Below are positions 10,365-21,317 of a stretch of DNA of 64,000 bases, in pieces. The notes beneath the pieces were generated by a model that searched no databases, had not been told where the DNA came from, and saw only the letters and a list, made by a program, of their open reading frames with translations. The position numbers were made by a program, and so were the translations under genes. The stretch is from an uncultured Thermoleophilia bacterium (GTDB lineage: Bacteria; Actinomycetota; Thermoleophilia; UBA2241): assembly GCA_963702475.1 (NCBI GenBank), contig CAVPCT010000005.1, forward strand, positions 896,001 through 960,000, written 5' to 3'. The number at the start of each line of letters is the position of its first letter. Positions within the stretch are counted from its first letter, which is position 1.

Positions 10365-11051
10365 TCACGGCACCCGCACCATCGTCGCCATCCCGTCGCA
10401 CTGCCAGATGTGGCGCTCGCCGCCCGCACCCGTCTCCTCACCGTACTGGGCGTTGCCGAGCGCCAGCGAGTTGAGGGTCACGTTCTTCGAGCCCCAGGCC
10501 TTGATCGCCGTCTGCACGGCAGCCGTGGCCGCGTCCTCACTCATGCCGAACCACTGCGCGGGCGGAGCTTTGAGCTCGGCGTTATCGAAGTGCGTCGTGG
10601 CGACCACGTAGTAGCCCCAGGTGCTGTTGTACAGCTTGCCGCCGGGCGCGTAGAGGCGCATGTGCGGCGACTTGGTGGCGAACGTCTTGACGCCGCCGTC
10701 GCCCACGAACGCGAACCCCGAGCCGTCGTTCGCGTACTCGTACATGGTGTTCACGAACGGGTTGCTCCAGCCGCGGCTCTTGAAGGCGCTCTTGACCTTG
10801 GACACCGAGGCGTTGCCGTAGAAGACGATCGTCACCGGCCAATCCACGCCCGTGGCCGACACCGACTTGCCTGTGAAGTCGTAGTTGTAGAACTGGTCCT
10901 CGGCGCTGGTCACGGGCTGGAGGCTCGCCGCCGTCCACGCGGAGGCGACGCCCGCCGTGAGCAGCAGGAGCAGTAGCGCGAGGGCCAACGGGACGCCGAT
11001 CCGGGACAGGGTGTGCTTCGCGAGCTTCGTGGGCTTCGTGTGCTTCGTCAT
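10365..11051 (-). CDS. secreted hypothetical protein
   Basis: Signal peptide ending ASA-W; strong coding bias; RBS GAGGGG. Confidence 0.75.
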   Translation of the reverse strand: MTKHTKPTKLAKHTLSRIGVPLALALLLLLLTAGVASAWTAASLQPVTSAEDQFYNYDFTGKSVSATGVDWPVTIVFYGNASVSKVKSAFKSRGWSNPFVNTMYEYANDGSGFAFVGDGGVKTFATKSPHMRLYAPGGKLYNSTWGYYVVATTHFDNAELKAPPAQWFGMSEDAATAAVQTAIKAWGSKNVTLNSLALGNAQYGEETGAGGERHIWQCDGMATMVRVP

Positions 11052-11143
11052 GAGCCCCTCCTCTCAGACGCGCTGTGCAAGACACGGCTTCGGCGGCTTC
11101 GCGGGACGCGCCCACGGATCGTCGGACGGCGGCCGCTGCCCGC

Positions 11144-11189
11144 ACACTACAGGGGACAACGGCCGCACACCTAGCCCGGAACGGGTGAT
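11144..11189 (-). promoter_or_regulatory. palindromic activator site followed by -10 element
   Basis: Minus strand ATCACCCGTTCCGGGCTAGG-N20-TAGTGT. Confidence 0.55.
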
Positions 11190-11315
11190 GCCGCGGTCCG
11201 TCACCGGCTGAGGCGGGCTGGCACCGGGTGGCCGCAGAGTCACGGCACGAGGACCGCCGACGCGGACGGCGGCGGACGAGATGGCGGCGGTCACGCGGGC
11301 GCTGCCCCACGGCGG

Positions 11316-14300
11316 TCACGCGCCAGCAGTGCGATCGCGCCATTCCCCGCATGCCTTCAAGACGTGCTCGCACTCGGCCAAGGCCGGTTCGGCATCCAGC
11401 CGCGCGAAGATGTCGCGCGCGGCCGCGAGGGGCGCTGCCGCCTCGGGCGCTCGTCCGAGCGCCACCAGGCAGCGCCCCAGCCCGAGCAACGCCTGAGCCT
11501 CCTCGAAGACGTCTGCGAAGTCGTGCCAGCGGCGGGCGGCGTCGGCGAAGCCGTCCGCCGCCGCGCGGTAGTCGCCCCGCGCCTCGCTCAGTAAGGCCTC
11601 CGCGGCAACGGTCGCGTGGCGGGAGAGCGGCTGGAGCGGCGCGAAACTGCCCGCCAGCCGCTCGGCCAGCGCGAGATCGCCGCCTGCCACGGCGAGGCGC
11701 ACCGCGCGCGGCAGCAGGTCGGCCCACCAGAAGCCACCACGCGGGCTGCGGAACGCCTCTGCGCCGCTGGCCAGATGGCTCAAAGCACGCTCAGGATCTC
11801 CCAGCGCCATGCGCGCGGACGCTGCGGCGACGAAGACACCGGCGAACGTCCACGGGCCTTCCTCCATGTCCGTCGCGTCCGCCTCGAGCCACGCGAGCTC
11901 GTCCGCAGCCTCAGCCGCGCGCCCTCTCTCCACGAGGACGAGGAGCGGGAAGAGCCGCACGTAGATGCGGTGCCACCAGTCTCCAGCCGCGTCGATCAGC
12001 GGCTTCAGTTCGGCGGCCTCGTCAAGGACCCTGTCCCAGTCTCCCACACTCTCACAGGCCCAGCCGATCGACGTGCGCATCTGGATCTCGCTGTCCACTG
12101 CCCCACGACGGCGCGCGAAGGCGAGGCCCTCCGTGCACACGGCGAGTGATGCCTGGAAGCCCTCGTACATGTAGAGCCAGTTGCCGACCGTGACGAACAC
12201 CGGACCCTGACGGTCACCGCTCCCGGACGTCCTGCACATCTCGAGCGCCTGCTTGAGGTCTGCCACACCGCCGGCGTCGCCGAGGTCGCAGCGCGCGCAG
12301 CCGCGAGCGGCCAGCAGCTGGGCGTCGATCGGCAGACCGAGCTCTTCAGACAGCAGGATGGCGCGATCGGCGGCATCCACGATCTTGCCGGCATCGGCGT
12401 CTCCGATGCACAGAAAATGCCAATCCGTCAGCGCGCTCACGAGCTCGCGCGACGGACCCTCGGCCTCGAGCATGGCGACCGCGCCGTCTGCCAGCGCCAC
12501 ATACTGGTCGTCTTCGTCCGGGACGGCGTATGCAAGACCCATCTGCGCCAGCGCCGCTCCACGAACGTCACCGCCCGCCCGCATGAAGGCGATCGCCTCC
12601 TCGTACACGGGGACCGCCTCTACGCGGCGACCGAGCTGGGTGAGCGCCTTCCCCCACTTCGCCAGCATTCGCCCACGTTCGGGGCCGTCGGGGCCGGCGA
12701 CCTCGAGCGCGCGAGCGTAGTGCCGTTCGGCCAGCAGGCCACATCGAGCTGCCAGGTCCTGTCGCCGGCCAGGGCCAGGTAGCGCACGGCGGGCTGCCTC
12801 ACCGTGTCCGCGAGGCTCGCCTCTCCGGCCGCACCGGCGAGCTCGAACGCCGTCGCGTAGTGGTGCGCGAGCAGCTCCGCGAGGTCGGCGGCGCGATCGC
12901 CGGCCTTCTGCTCGATCCAGCCGGCGACCGCGCCGTGCTTCCTCGCTCTCACCGCCCGCGGCATCTCGCCGTAGGCGACCTCGCGGGCGAGCGCGTGGCC
13001 GAAGGCGTACTCGCGCTCGCCCGCCATCGACGAGCTGCGCACGCGGTGCACCAGCTGCTTGCCGACCAGCTCGCGCAGAGCCGCGTCGACCTCGCCGGGC
13101 GAGCGCTCTGCGAGCGCGGCGAGCGCGCCGTCCCAGAAGACCTCGCCAACGACGGCGGCATCGGTGAGGACCGTCTTCAGCGACGGCGCCAGGGAGTCGA
13201 GACGGGCGGCGATGACGGCCTGCACCGTCGCCGCCACCCCGGGCTCCCCCTGAGTACCGCGGCTCGCCACCGTGTCCCTGGCGAGCCGCGCCGACTCCTC
13301 CGCGTAGAAGGGGTTGCCCTCGGCGTGCCGTGCGATCGTCGCACGCACGTCCCTGGCCATCTCGTCGACCAGCGAGGCGACGAGCCTCTCGGTCTCCTGC
13401 ACGGTCAGGGGCTCGAGCACGACCCGGTTGAGGCGGCCGGCGGCCGCGAACGCAGGGTGCGACTCGAACAGCTCCGGACGGGTGGTCGCAAGCAAGAGCA
13501 ACGGGACCTCGGCGACGTGGCTCGCGAAGTACTCGACGAAGCCGAGCAGGACATCGTCCGCCCAGTGCAGATCCTCCAGCACCAGGACTGTCGGCCCGCG
13601 CGCAGCCATCTCCTCCAGGAAGCGGAGCCAGGCGGTGAAGTTCTCCTCGCGCTCGGCCGGCGGCGCTTCGAGCCCGATCAGCGCGCGCAGGCGTTGACGG
13701 AACCACTCGCGGTCCTCGCCGTCGGGAAGGACCGCGTCGAGCTTCGCCTCCACCACCTCGTGATCGTCGGTCTCGAGGATGCCGGCGTGCGCCTTGATGA
13801 TCTCGGCGAGGGCCCAGAAGGTCACGCCCTCGCCGTAAGGAAGACAGCGCCCCTGGTGCCAGGTGACCAGCTCGGAGCGGGCGTCGACGTCCGCGAAGAG
13901 CTCCTGCACCAGCCGGCTCTTGCCGATGCCGGGCTCCCCGACGATGAGGGCGAGCTGCGGCGACGCGGCGGCCAGCGCCTTGGCGAACAGCGCCCGCAAG
14001 AAGGCGAGCTCCACTTCGCGGTCGACCAGCGGCGTGAGACGCTCGCGGTCGACGCGAGCGCCCACGCGGGCGCGTGGCGCCGTCGCGAGCCACGCCGCGA
14101 CCGGCTCCGCTTTGCCCTTGGCGTCAACTGGCGGCAGCTCCTCGTAGTCGATGACAGCGGCGGTCAGCCGGTGCGTGAGGGCGCCCACGACGACGCCGTT
14201 GGGCGGCGCGGCGGCCTGCAGCCGCGCCGCCACGTTGACCGCGTCGCCGGTCAGGAAGCCGCGGCCGGAGGCGGGGTCGACGTCCAGACGCACAAGGGCC

Positions 14301-14716
14301 TCGCCGGTGTTGACGCCCACGCGCGCCCGCAACACGGAGCCGTCGGGCCGAGTCATGCCCTGCAGAGCGTCGATGAGGCGCAGGCCGGCACGCACGGCGC
14401 GCTCGGGGTCGTCCTCGTGCACCGCCGGGACGCCGAAGACGCCGACGACGGCGTCACCGATGAACTTCTCTACGGTGCCACCGTGGGACTCGATCGCCGC
14501 GGTGGCGCGGCTGAAATACGCGCCGAGCAGGGCGTCCACGTCTTCCGGATCGGCCGCCTCGGTCATGGCGGTGAAGGCGACGAGGTCGCAGATCAGCGTG
14601 GTGACGACCTTGCGCTCCTCGGGGCTGGCGACGGCGGCTCCCAGCGCGGTCGCACACCGCGGGCAGAACGCGAAGTCGTCCGGAGCTTCGAAGCCGCAGC
14701 CGGTACAGACGATCAC
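11316..14716 (-). CDS. zinc-ribbon + class III adenylate/guanylate cyclase + AAA (STAND) ATPase + TPR protein, frameshift near 12740
   Basis: CTGC/CPRC, CDLVAFT, EKFIGDA, GDAVNVAARL, Walker A GEPGIGKS, Walker B LEDLHWAD; TPR-like C-terminus in ORF 11316-14093. Confidence 0.88.
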
Positions 14717-14908
14717 GTCCGTCGTCCTCCGAGCTGTGGGACTGCGGGATCCGGGCACTGCATGCGAAAGACCCCCTCCGCGCTGCTGGAGACGAGTCTA
14801 CCGCGATGCTCGCCCGCTGCGCCCGTTGGACCGGCGGATCAGAACGAGCCGGCTTCGGTCGCCGGGTCGTTCAGTCTGGGCATGTGCCCCCCAGCCGGCC
14901 GCCCGCGC

Positions 14909-16753
14909 TCAGAATCCGCGTCGGCCTGACTCGAGCTTCTGCAGCCGCGTCTGCGCCGCCGCGACCTCGCGGAGCGCCTCCTGGAGGTTCGCGCGAGCGA
15001 TCGGGCTCAACGTCCCCGTGTCGATGGTGTTGTCGGGCGGGCGCCCCTCGCGTACCGCGTCTGCGTGGTGCTGCAGCTGGAGCTGCTTGACGGTCAGGTA
15101 CGCCTCGCGCAGCGTGCGGCAGCACCCGGCGTCGTCCGCGTCCAGGTCGCAGACCGCGGCCAGGCGGTCCAGGGTCGCCTGGATCGTGATGCCGCGCGAC
15201 AGGGCGTGGTAGCGCGCCAGGTTCTGGATGGGCAGCAGGCCGCCTTTCTTGATGTCGACAGAGGCGGCCAGCTTCTGCCGGAACCCTCCGACGGAGGGGG
15301 CGTAGTCCGAGCCCAGGTGCGCGAGCCAGTTCAGGAACCGGCTGCGCCTGGGCGCCTCGCGCATGATCTCCGTCAGAGCCTGCTCCACGTACAGCCGGCC
15401 GATCGCCTGGCGGTAGTCGAAGCACACGCTGGCGCGCAGCACGCGCTGCACGTCGTCGCCCTCCAGGCAGTCCGAGAAGATCTTCTTCCAGCCCGAGAAA
15501 CTCCGCCGCCACTCGCCGCCGGCCAGGACGGAGTTGGCGTCGGGCTCGATGCCGCAGCGGGTGAGCCCGTCGTTGACGTCCGCACCCACGCGGCGGAAGT
15601 AGTCGTTCACGGAGGGCTCGTCCGTGTCGGCGTAGGCGAACCCGTTGTCCTGGTCCGAGGCGAGCGTGAGCTCGTGGCGTGCGGCGCTGCCGAAGACGAG
15701 CCAGGCGTAGTCCACCGGCGGCGCACCGTGGCGTTCGAAGGCCAGCTCGAGGAGACGCACGGTCGCGGAGTCGTGGAGGATCGTGAGCACGCGGCAGACC
15801 TGGGGCGCGTCGAGCCGGGAGTCCAGGAGGTCGACGAACAGGGTGGGGATGTCGCCCGCCGCCGCCACGATCTCGTCCTCGTCGCGGGCCACATGCAGGG
15901 CGCGCCGCAGCGCGAACGGGTTGCGCGCCTCCAGGCTCATGAGGTCGCCGGCCGAGACCATGCCCATCACGGTGCCGGCGTCGTCGAGCACCGGCAGGTG
16001 GCTCACGCCGAGGGTCAGCATGGCGATGCTCGCCTCGGCGGCGAACGCGTCGGCGCGGATGGTGTGGATCGGCGCGGACATGATGGCGCTCAGCGGCGCG
16101 TCGCGCGAGATGCCGCCGACCACCACCTTCTCGCGCAGGTCGGCGTCGGTGACGATGCCCAGCCCGTCCCGCGTGCGCACGAGCACGGCCGAGTCGCCGC
16201 CGGCCGTCATGAGCGCGGCGGCCTCGCTGATCGCCGTCTCCGGGTCGCACACAGGCGGCGCGCCGCGCACGACCGAGGTCACCGGCAGCGTCTGCACCTG
16301 CGGCAGCGGGCTCAGGGAGCGCGCCGCATAGAGCAGCGCGTCGCGCTGGGTCGTCGCCAGCCAGCGCACGCCGGCCTCCCGGCTGAGCAGCTCGATGCTG
16401 AGGCCGCCGGGGATGCAGTAGAGCGCGCATTCCGTGCGCGCCCGCACCGTGAACGCCGGCGCCGTCTGGGTGAGCAAGCTCGCGTAGCCAAGGAGCTCGC
16501 CGGTGGTCATCACCGTGACCAGGTGGTCCCTGCGGAGAAGGTCGAGGGCGCCGTCGCGCAGCACCCAGAGCTGCGTGCTGGGATGGCCGCCCTCGACGAT
16601 CAGTGCCTCGCCGGCCCTCAGGTCGCGGTACGTCACGGCAGCCGCGACCCGCAGCAGATCGTCGCGGCCCAGCGTCGCGAATGCCTCGACGCCGGAGAGG
16701 AACGTGGCGATGTCGTCGAGCGTCTCGGTCCGGTCGCACGGTCCCTCGCTCAT
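14909..16753 (-). CDS. cNMP-binding + CBS + DUF294 putative nucleotidyltransferase
   Basis: cNMP domain (GELLG), CBS pair (GIVTDADLR), FGSAARHE...SDQDNG, DIKKGGLLPI. Confidence 0.9.
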   Translation of the reverse strand: MSEGPCDRTETLDDIATFLSGVEAFATLGRDDLLRVAAAVTYRDLRAGEALIVEGGHPSTQLWVLRDGALDLLRRDHLVTVMTTGELLGYASLLTQTAPAFTVRARTECALYCIPGGLSIELLSREAGVRWLATTQRDALLYAARSLSPLPQVQTLPVTSVVRGAPPVCDPETAISEAAALMTAGGDSAVLVRTRDGLGIVTDADLREKVVVGGISRDAPLSAIMSAPIHTIRADAFAAEASIAMLTLGVSHLPVLDDAGTVMGMVSAGDLMSLEARNPFALRRALHVARDEDEIVAAAGDIPTLFVDLLDSRLDAPQVCRVLTILHDSATVRLLELAFERHGAPPVDYAWLVFGSAARHELTLASDQDNGFAYADTDEPSVNDYFRRVGADVNDGLTRCGIEPDANSVLAGGEWRRSFSGWKKIFSDCLEGDDVQRVLRASVCFDYRQAIGRLYVEQALTEIMREAPRRSRFLNWLAHLGSDYAPSVGGFRQKLAASVDIKKGGLLPIQNLARYHALSRGITIQATLDRLAAVCDLDADDAGCCRTLREAYLTVKQLQLQHHADAVREGRPPDNTIDTGTLSPIARANLQEALREVAAAQTRLQKLESGRRGF

Positions 16754-16950
16754 GGCCCCGCGCCCCGGTTCCGCGCCCTGCCGGCTTCCTCCACCATGCC
16801 CTGCGCACCGCGTCTCATGGCTTCCTCCCGAGGCCACTGGAACGCCTTCGACCAGCACCGCGCACGCCGGACGATACTACTCCCGGTGGAGGACGAGGAG
16901 AGAGGGTGGCGATCGCGGTCAGCCGGCGACGGTTGCGCGAAGCCGCGCCG

Positions 16951-18615
16951 TCACTTCAAGCGGGCGTACCTTTCAGCCGCCGGCACCTCAGCCGACTGCG
17001 AGCCGCCCGTCCCCGCGACGGCCACGCGATCACGCCCTGTGCTCTTGGCCGCGTACAGCGCCCCGTCGGCGGCCTCGAGCAGCGCCTCGAAGCGGCCCTC
17101 GACGGGCAGGTGGGTGGTCGCCACACCGATACTCACGGTGGAGTGTGGCCCGCCGCCGCCGGCCCCCGGCGTCCCCGGACCACCGCTGGCGGACCGCACC
17201 CGCTCGGCGATGCGGCTCCCCTCCTCCTCGTCGGCTCCGGGCAGGACGGCGCAGAACTCGTCTCCACCGAGCCGTCCGAAGAGGTCCTCGTCTCGAAGGG
17301 CGTTACGACTCGACTCGGCTATCGTCTGCAGCACGAGGTCGCCCGCGGCGTGACCCTGACCGTCGTTGATCTCCTTCAGGTGGTCGACGTCGAAGACCAG
17401 GACCGTGACCGGCTGTGAGCGTGCGGCGGCTCGCCCCATGGCCTGCTCGCCGAGCTCCAGCAGCCGGCGCCGGGAGAGCGCGCCTGTGAGGCTGTCGGTC
17501 GTCGCCATACGCACGGCCTCATCGAGAAGCCCGACCCGTTCAGAGACGTCGCGAAGCACGACCACCATGCCGAGCGGTCTTCCTCCACCGCTGCGCACCG
17601 GCGTGGCCAGCAGGCTGTAGATGCGACGGGTGGACGGACCCGGGCCGTCGCCACGGACCTCGACCTCCCACGGAGTCGGCGTGGCGTAGGGGTCGCGACC
17701 GTCGTCACGGAAGCTGGAGAGAGCGTCGCTCAGAGCACGCTGCACGTCCGGGCGCCTCGCGAGAATGGTGGCGATGGGCTGCGCGAGGCGCTCCGGGCTC
17801 AGCTCGGGGAAGGCGGCGACGGCAGCGGGGTTCATGTCGACCAACCTGCCCCGCAGGTCGACGACCAGCACACCGTCCGCCAGATGCTCGATGACCGCGT
17901 CACGCGCGAGGGGCGCGAGCTCGAACAGACGGGTGGAGAAGAGCGCGTACGCCATCAGCAGACCCGAGACGCTCACCACCGCCATCGCGGGGTTGTAGTC
18001 CGGCCAGGGCGAGAGCCCGAAGGCGTACACGGTGCCGGCGGCCAGAGGCAACAGAGACGCGACGAGCAAGGCGAGCGACTGCGACACGTGGTGGCGGCGC
18101 GTGTGGAGCATCGCCCTCACGAGCACGGAGGCGGAGACGAGCAGCAGGCCGTAGACGAAGGGGACCCAGCCGAGGCTCCAGAGAGGACCGTAGTCGGGGT
18201 GCAGTGCCGTCAGCGACCCGTGCGTGGTGACCGACGGCGCAACGCGGAAGACCCCTTCCGGGTTGAGGAAGATGCCGCTGGTGATGAGCGCCCCGAGCAC
18301 GCCCAGCGTCAGCCACATGCGGTGCGAGAGGCCGCGGCCTCGGGCGTAGAGCAGGACGACCTGCAGCCACAGGATGGGCAGTGCGACCGTGGCCACGTAC
18401 TGCAGGTCCGCCCAGGCGATCTTCGGCTGCAGCCCGGTGGCCATCAGCTCGAGCATGTAGCCGACCGTCCACGTGAGCAGTGCGACCACGGTCGCGGCGA
18501 ACCACAGCGCCACTCTCTCTCCACGATTCCACCAGGCGACCGCGAGCATGGCGAGGCAGAAGACCGAGGAGAGCGCGAGCGGCAGGATGAACGGCGTGTA
18601 CTGGAGGTCGATCAC
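16951..18615 (-). CDS. diguanylate cyclase with HisKA_7TM-like N-terminus, PAS and GGDEF domains
   Basis: About 7 TM helices, PAS, RDED I-site, GRLGGDEF, ADGALYAAK. Confidence 0.9.
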   Translation of the reverse strand: MIDLQYTPFILPLALSSVFCLAMLAVAWWNRGERVALWFAATVVALLTWTVGYMLELMATGLQPKIAWADLQYVATVALPILWLQVVLLYARGRGLSHRMWLTLGVLGALITSGIFLNPEGVFRVAPSVTTHGSLTALHPDYGPLWSLGWVPFVYGLLLVSASVLVRAMLHTRRHHVSQSLALLVASLLPLAAGTVYAFGLSPWPDYNPAMAVVSVSGLLMAYALFSTRLFELAPLARDAVIEHLADGVLVVDLRGRLVDMNPAAVAAFPELSPERLAQPIATILARRPDVQRALSDALSSFRDDGRDPYATPTPWEVEVRGDGPGPSTRRIYSLLATPVRSGGGRPLGMVVVLRDVSERVGLLDEAVRMATTDSLTGALSRRRLLELGEQAMGRAAARSQPVTVLVFDVDHLKEINDGQGHAAGDLVLQTIAESSRNALRDEDLFGRLGGDEFCAVLPGADEEEGSRIAERVRSASGGPGTPGAGGGGPHSTVSIGVATTHLPVEGRFEALLEAADGALYAAKSTGRDRVAVAGTGGSQSAEVPAAERYARLK

Positions 18616-19062
18616 GAGGGGCGCATCTCCTCGAAGCCCGACCACTCCCGCGCGCCTTGGCTCAGCTCTTGATCCTTCCCGTCGAGCACGTGCGAGGATC
18701 CCTCCCGTGGTTCCGCCTGTGAGGTGGTGGAGCACCTCGCACCCGGTATCGGTCAGGCCGGAATCGGTCTTGAGGAAGTCAGGGGCACGTGCATGGCCCT
18801 GGGAGTGCTCGAGCCAGGGCCGTGCCGCCGAGGACCTCAAGAAGGGGCGGTGCCTCGGCGGAGACGAGGGAGCGGTTGCGATGGATCTCAGCGCGGATCG
18901 TCACCGGGGCGACGGGCATGGAGGTGACGCCCACGAACGCCGCGGTCTCCCTCGCCGGCCCGCGGGACCGTTTCGCCACGATTCCCGTCGTGCACAGCCG
19001 GGTAGGTCGCAGCTGTTCGCATCCGGGAGCACAGCAAGGCTTGTGACGCGAGGAGGTGGAGG

Positions 19063-19416
19063 ATGGCCCGCATGCGCATCCTGATCGAGGAGGCCGGCGT
19101 AGACCTGACGGCAGAGTTCAACGACTCGGCGACCGCGGCGTTGCTGTGGAACGCGCTGCCACTGGAGAGCCCGGCGCAGACGTGGGGCGCCGAAGTGTAC
19201 TTCTCGGTCCCGGTGGAGACCGGCGCTGAGGACCCACAAGCCACCGTCGACCCGGGCACCGTCGGCTACTGGCCCCCCGGCGCCGCCGTCTGCCTGTTCT
19301 TCGGCCAGCAGCCCGTCAGCCCGGTGAACCTGATCGGCACGCTCGAGGGCGAGCCGAACGTGCTCGAGGCGGTGCGCGACGGACTCACCGTGCGTCTGGA
19401 GCGGATCAAGGAGTGA
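19063..19416 (+). CDS. cyclophilin-like fold protein (TM1367-like)
   Basis: LPLESPAQTWGAEVYF, VGYWPPG...CLFFG, PVSPVNLIG; RBS GGAGG. Confidence 0.85.
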   Translation: MARMRILIEEAGVDLTAEFNDSATAALLWNALPLESPAQTWGAEVYFSVPVETGAEDPQATVDPGTVGYWPPGAAVCLFFGQQPVSPVNLIGTLEGEPNVLEAVRDGLTVRLERIKE

Positions 19417-19609
19417 GGACGGCCGGACTCGGGCGGTCGCTTGATGAGTCCGCCCGTGAAGACGACGCACGGAGGCCCCAGCTAGCCTGACGCGCCCGTC
19501 GCCGCACACGCTCATCGTCGCCCGGCCCACCGGAGCAGGACCACGCGTGCCCGGCGACCGGACCCGTCAACGCGCTCGCGGTCCAGCCCTCCGACAAGTC
19601 CGTGTGCGG

Positions 19610-19637
19610 TTGCCTTTGGCGCCGTTTGCCCTACTCT
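19610..19637 (+). promoter_or_regulatory. sigma70-like promoter ahead of a long leader
   Basis: TTGCCT-N16-TACTCT about 190 nt upstream of the radical SAM ATG. Confidence 0.4.
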
Positions 19638-19830
19638 GAGTAACTACGTCACGCTTTCGGGGGATTCCGGGCCCGCGGATCGTACTCGTGGACTCTCCCG
19701 GCAGGTCACCCCAGGAGGCGAACGTGCCCCCCTCGTCCGTTTCGTTGCACCCCCCGTCAGCTCCGCATGCACTCGCCGCGCCCAGGGCCGTCGACCGTGC
19801 TCCGGCCACCGCGCGAGAAAGCGTCCCCGC

Positions 19831-21231
19831 ATGAAGATCCGCCTGATCGAACCCGCCCCCGCCCACCTGCACATGTGGTCCTACACCTTCCTGCCGCGCC
19901 TCGGCCTGCCGCTGATCGGCGCCGGCCTGAAAGCCGAGGGCCACGACGTGCTCATCTACTGCCCGCAGTTCTCGCCCATCGACTGGGACGACGTGCTGTC
20001 GGCGGACGTCGTCGGGATCTCGGCCACCACGTCGACGGCGCCGGCCGCCTACGAGATGGCGGCGCGCGTGCGCGAGCACGGCGTGCCGGTCGTCGTCGGA
20101 GGCTCTCACGTCACCTTCATGGCCGACGAAGCGCTCGCGCACGCCGACTACGTCGCGCGCGGCGAGGGCGGCGACGCCCTGATGCTCGAGCTCATCGACG
20201 CCGCGCAGGGCGACCGCGCGCTCGAGAGCATCGCCGGCCTCTCATTCACGCGAGAAGGAGAGGCCGTCCACAACCCGCCGCGCGAGGCGTGCCGCGACCT
20301 GGACACGCTCCCCGTGCCGGACCTCACCCTCATCGCCGGCTCCTCGGAGCAGCGCGGCACGACCCCCATCATGACCAGCTGGGGCTGCCCCTTCGCCTGC
20401 AACTTCTGTTCGGTGACGGCGATGTTCGGGCGCAAGTACCGCTACCGCAGTCCCGAGCACGTCATGGCCGAGATCGAGGCCAAGCAGCCGCGGTCCATCT
20501 TCTTCTACGACGACAACTTCGCCGCCGACAAACGACGCCTCAAGGTCCTGCTGCGCATGATGATCGCCGCCGGCCGCAAGATCCCCTGGTCGGCCCAGGT
20601 GCGCACCGACGTCGTCGACGACCGGGAGCTGCTCGAGCTGATGCGCGACTCCGGCTGCGACCGCGTGGCCCTCGGCCTCGAGTCGGTGAGCCAGGAGACC
20701 CTGGACGGCTTCGACAAGAAGCAGAGCGTCACCGACATCGAGCGCGCCCTGGCGACGCTGCGCCGCTACGGCATCAAGACGCACGGCATGTTCGTTCTGG
20801 GCGCCGACTCGGACACGGCGGAGACCATCCGCGAGACGGCCCGCTTCGCGCGCGAGCACGACATCAGCACGCTGATGCTCAACATCCTGACACCGCTCCC
20901 CGGCACCCCCCTGTTCGACGACCTCGACGCCACGGGCCGCATCTTCGACCGCCACTGGGACCTCTTCGACGGGCAGCACGTCGTCTTCAGGCCGCGTCAG
21001 ATGACGCCGGACAGGCTGCAGACCGAGGTCTGGCGCGCCTACGCGCGCTTCTACTCGGCCGGCCAGTGGCTCAAGTACCTGGCCACCTTCCGCTACGGGA
21101 CGATGGCGCTGTACAGCTGGTACTGGGTCTTTCTGCGGCGCTGGCGCAGGGAGCGTGGCAACCGCGAGTACCTCGAGATGCTCACGCAGCTCGCGGGGCC
21201 CGCGCCGGCCGGGGCGGACCCACAGAGCTGA
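19831..21231 (+). CDS. B12-binding domain radical SAM protein
   Basis: GGSHVT, GEG, GCPFACNFC (CxxxCxxC), DDNF, GLES, TPLPGTPLF. Confidence 0.92.
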   Translation: MKIRLIEPAPAHLHMWSYTFLPRLGLPLIGAGLKAEGHDVLIYCPQFSPIDWDDVLSADVVGISATTSTAPAAYEMAARVREHGVPVVVGGSHVTFMADEALAHADYVARGEGGDALMLELIDAAQGDRALESIAGLSFTREGEAVHNPPREACRDLDTLPVPDLTLIAGSSEQRGTTPIMTSWGCPFACNFCSVTAMFGRKYRYRSPEHVMAEIEAKQPRSIFFYDDNFAADKRRLKVLLRMMIAAGRKIPWSAQVRTDVVDDRELLELMRDSGCDRVALGLESVSQETLDGFDKKQSVTDIERALATLRRYGIKTHGMFVLGADSDTAETIRETARFAREHDISTLMLNILTPLPGTPLFDDLDATGRIFDRHWDLFDGQHVVFRPRQMTPDRLQTEVWRAYARFYSAGQWLKYLATFRYGTMALYSWYWVFLRRWRRERGNREYLEMLTQLAGPAPAGADPQS

Positions 21232-21317
21232 GGCCGCCTCAGGCACGCCGTGGGGAAGAGCGCGAGCGCTCACCGTCAGCGCAATCTTGCTCAATCACTG
21301 CGCAACACGCACTTCAT

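Noticed and set aside
11064-11260. c-di-GMP or c-di-AMP riboswitch upstream of the secreted protein gene
   Set aside because: Consensus motifs were not found; the region is better explained by the palindrome plus -10 promoter
12860-17353. Long + strand ORFs 12860-14929 and 15065-17353, and similar antisense ORFs elsewhere (32699-34531, 42778-45008, 48639-50954)
   Set aside because: Shadow ORFs opposite real genes in high-GC DNA, with no recognisable motifs
18765-18800. GAGGAAGTCAGGGGCAC as RNase P RNA, or the region as SRP/6S RNA
   Set aside because: The other conserved RNase P and SRP motifs are missing and no convincing 6S central bubble is seen
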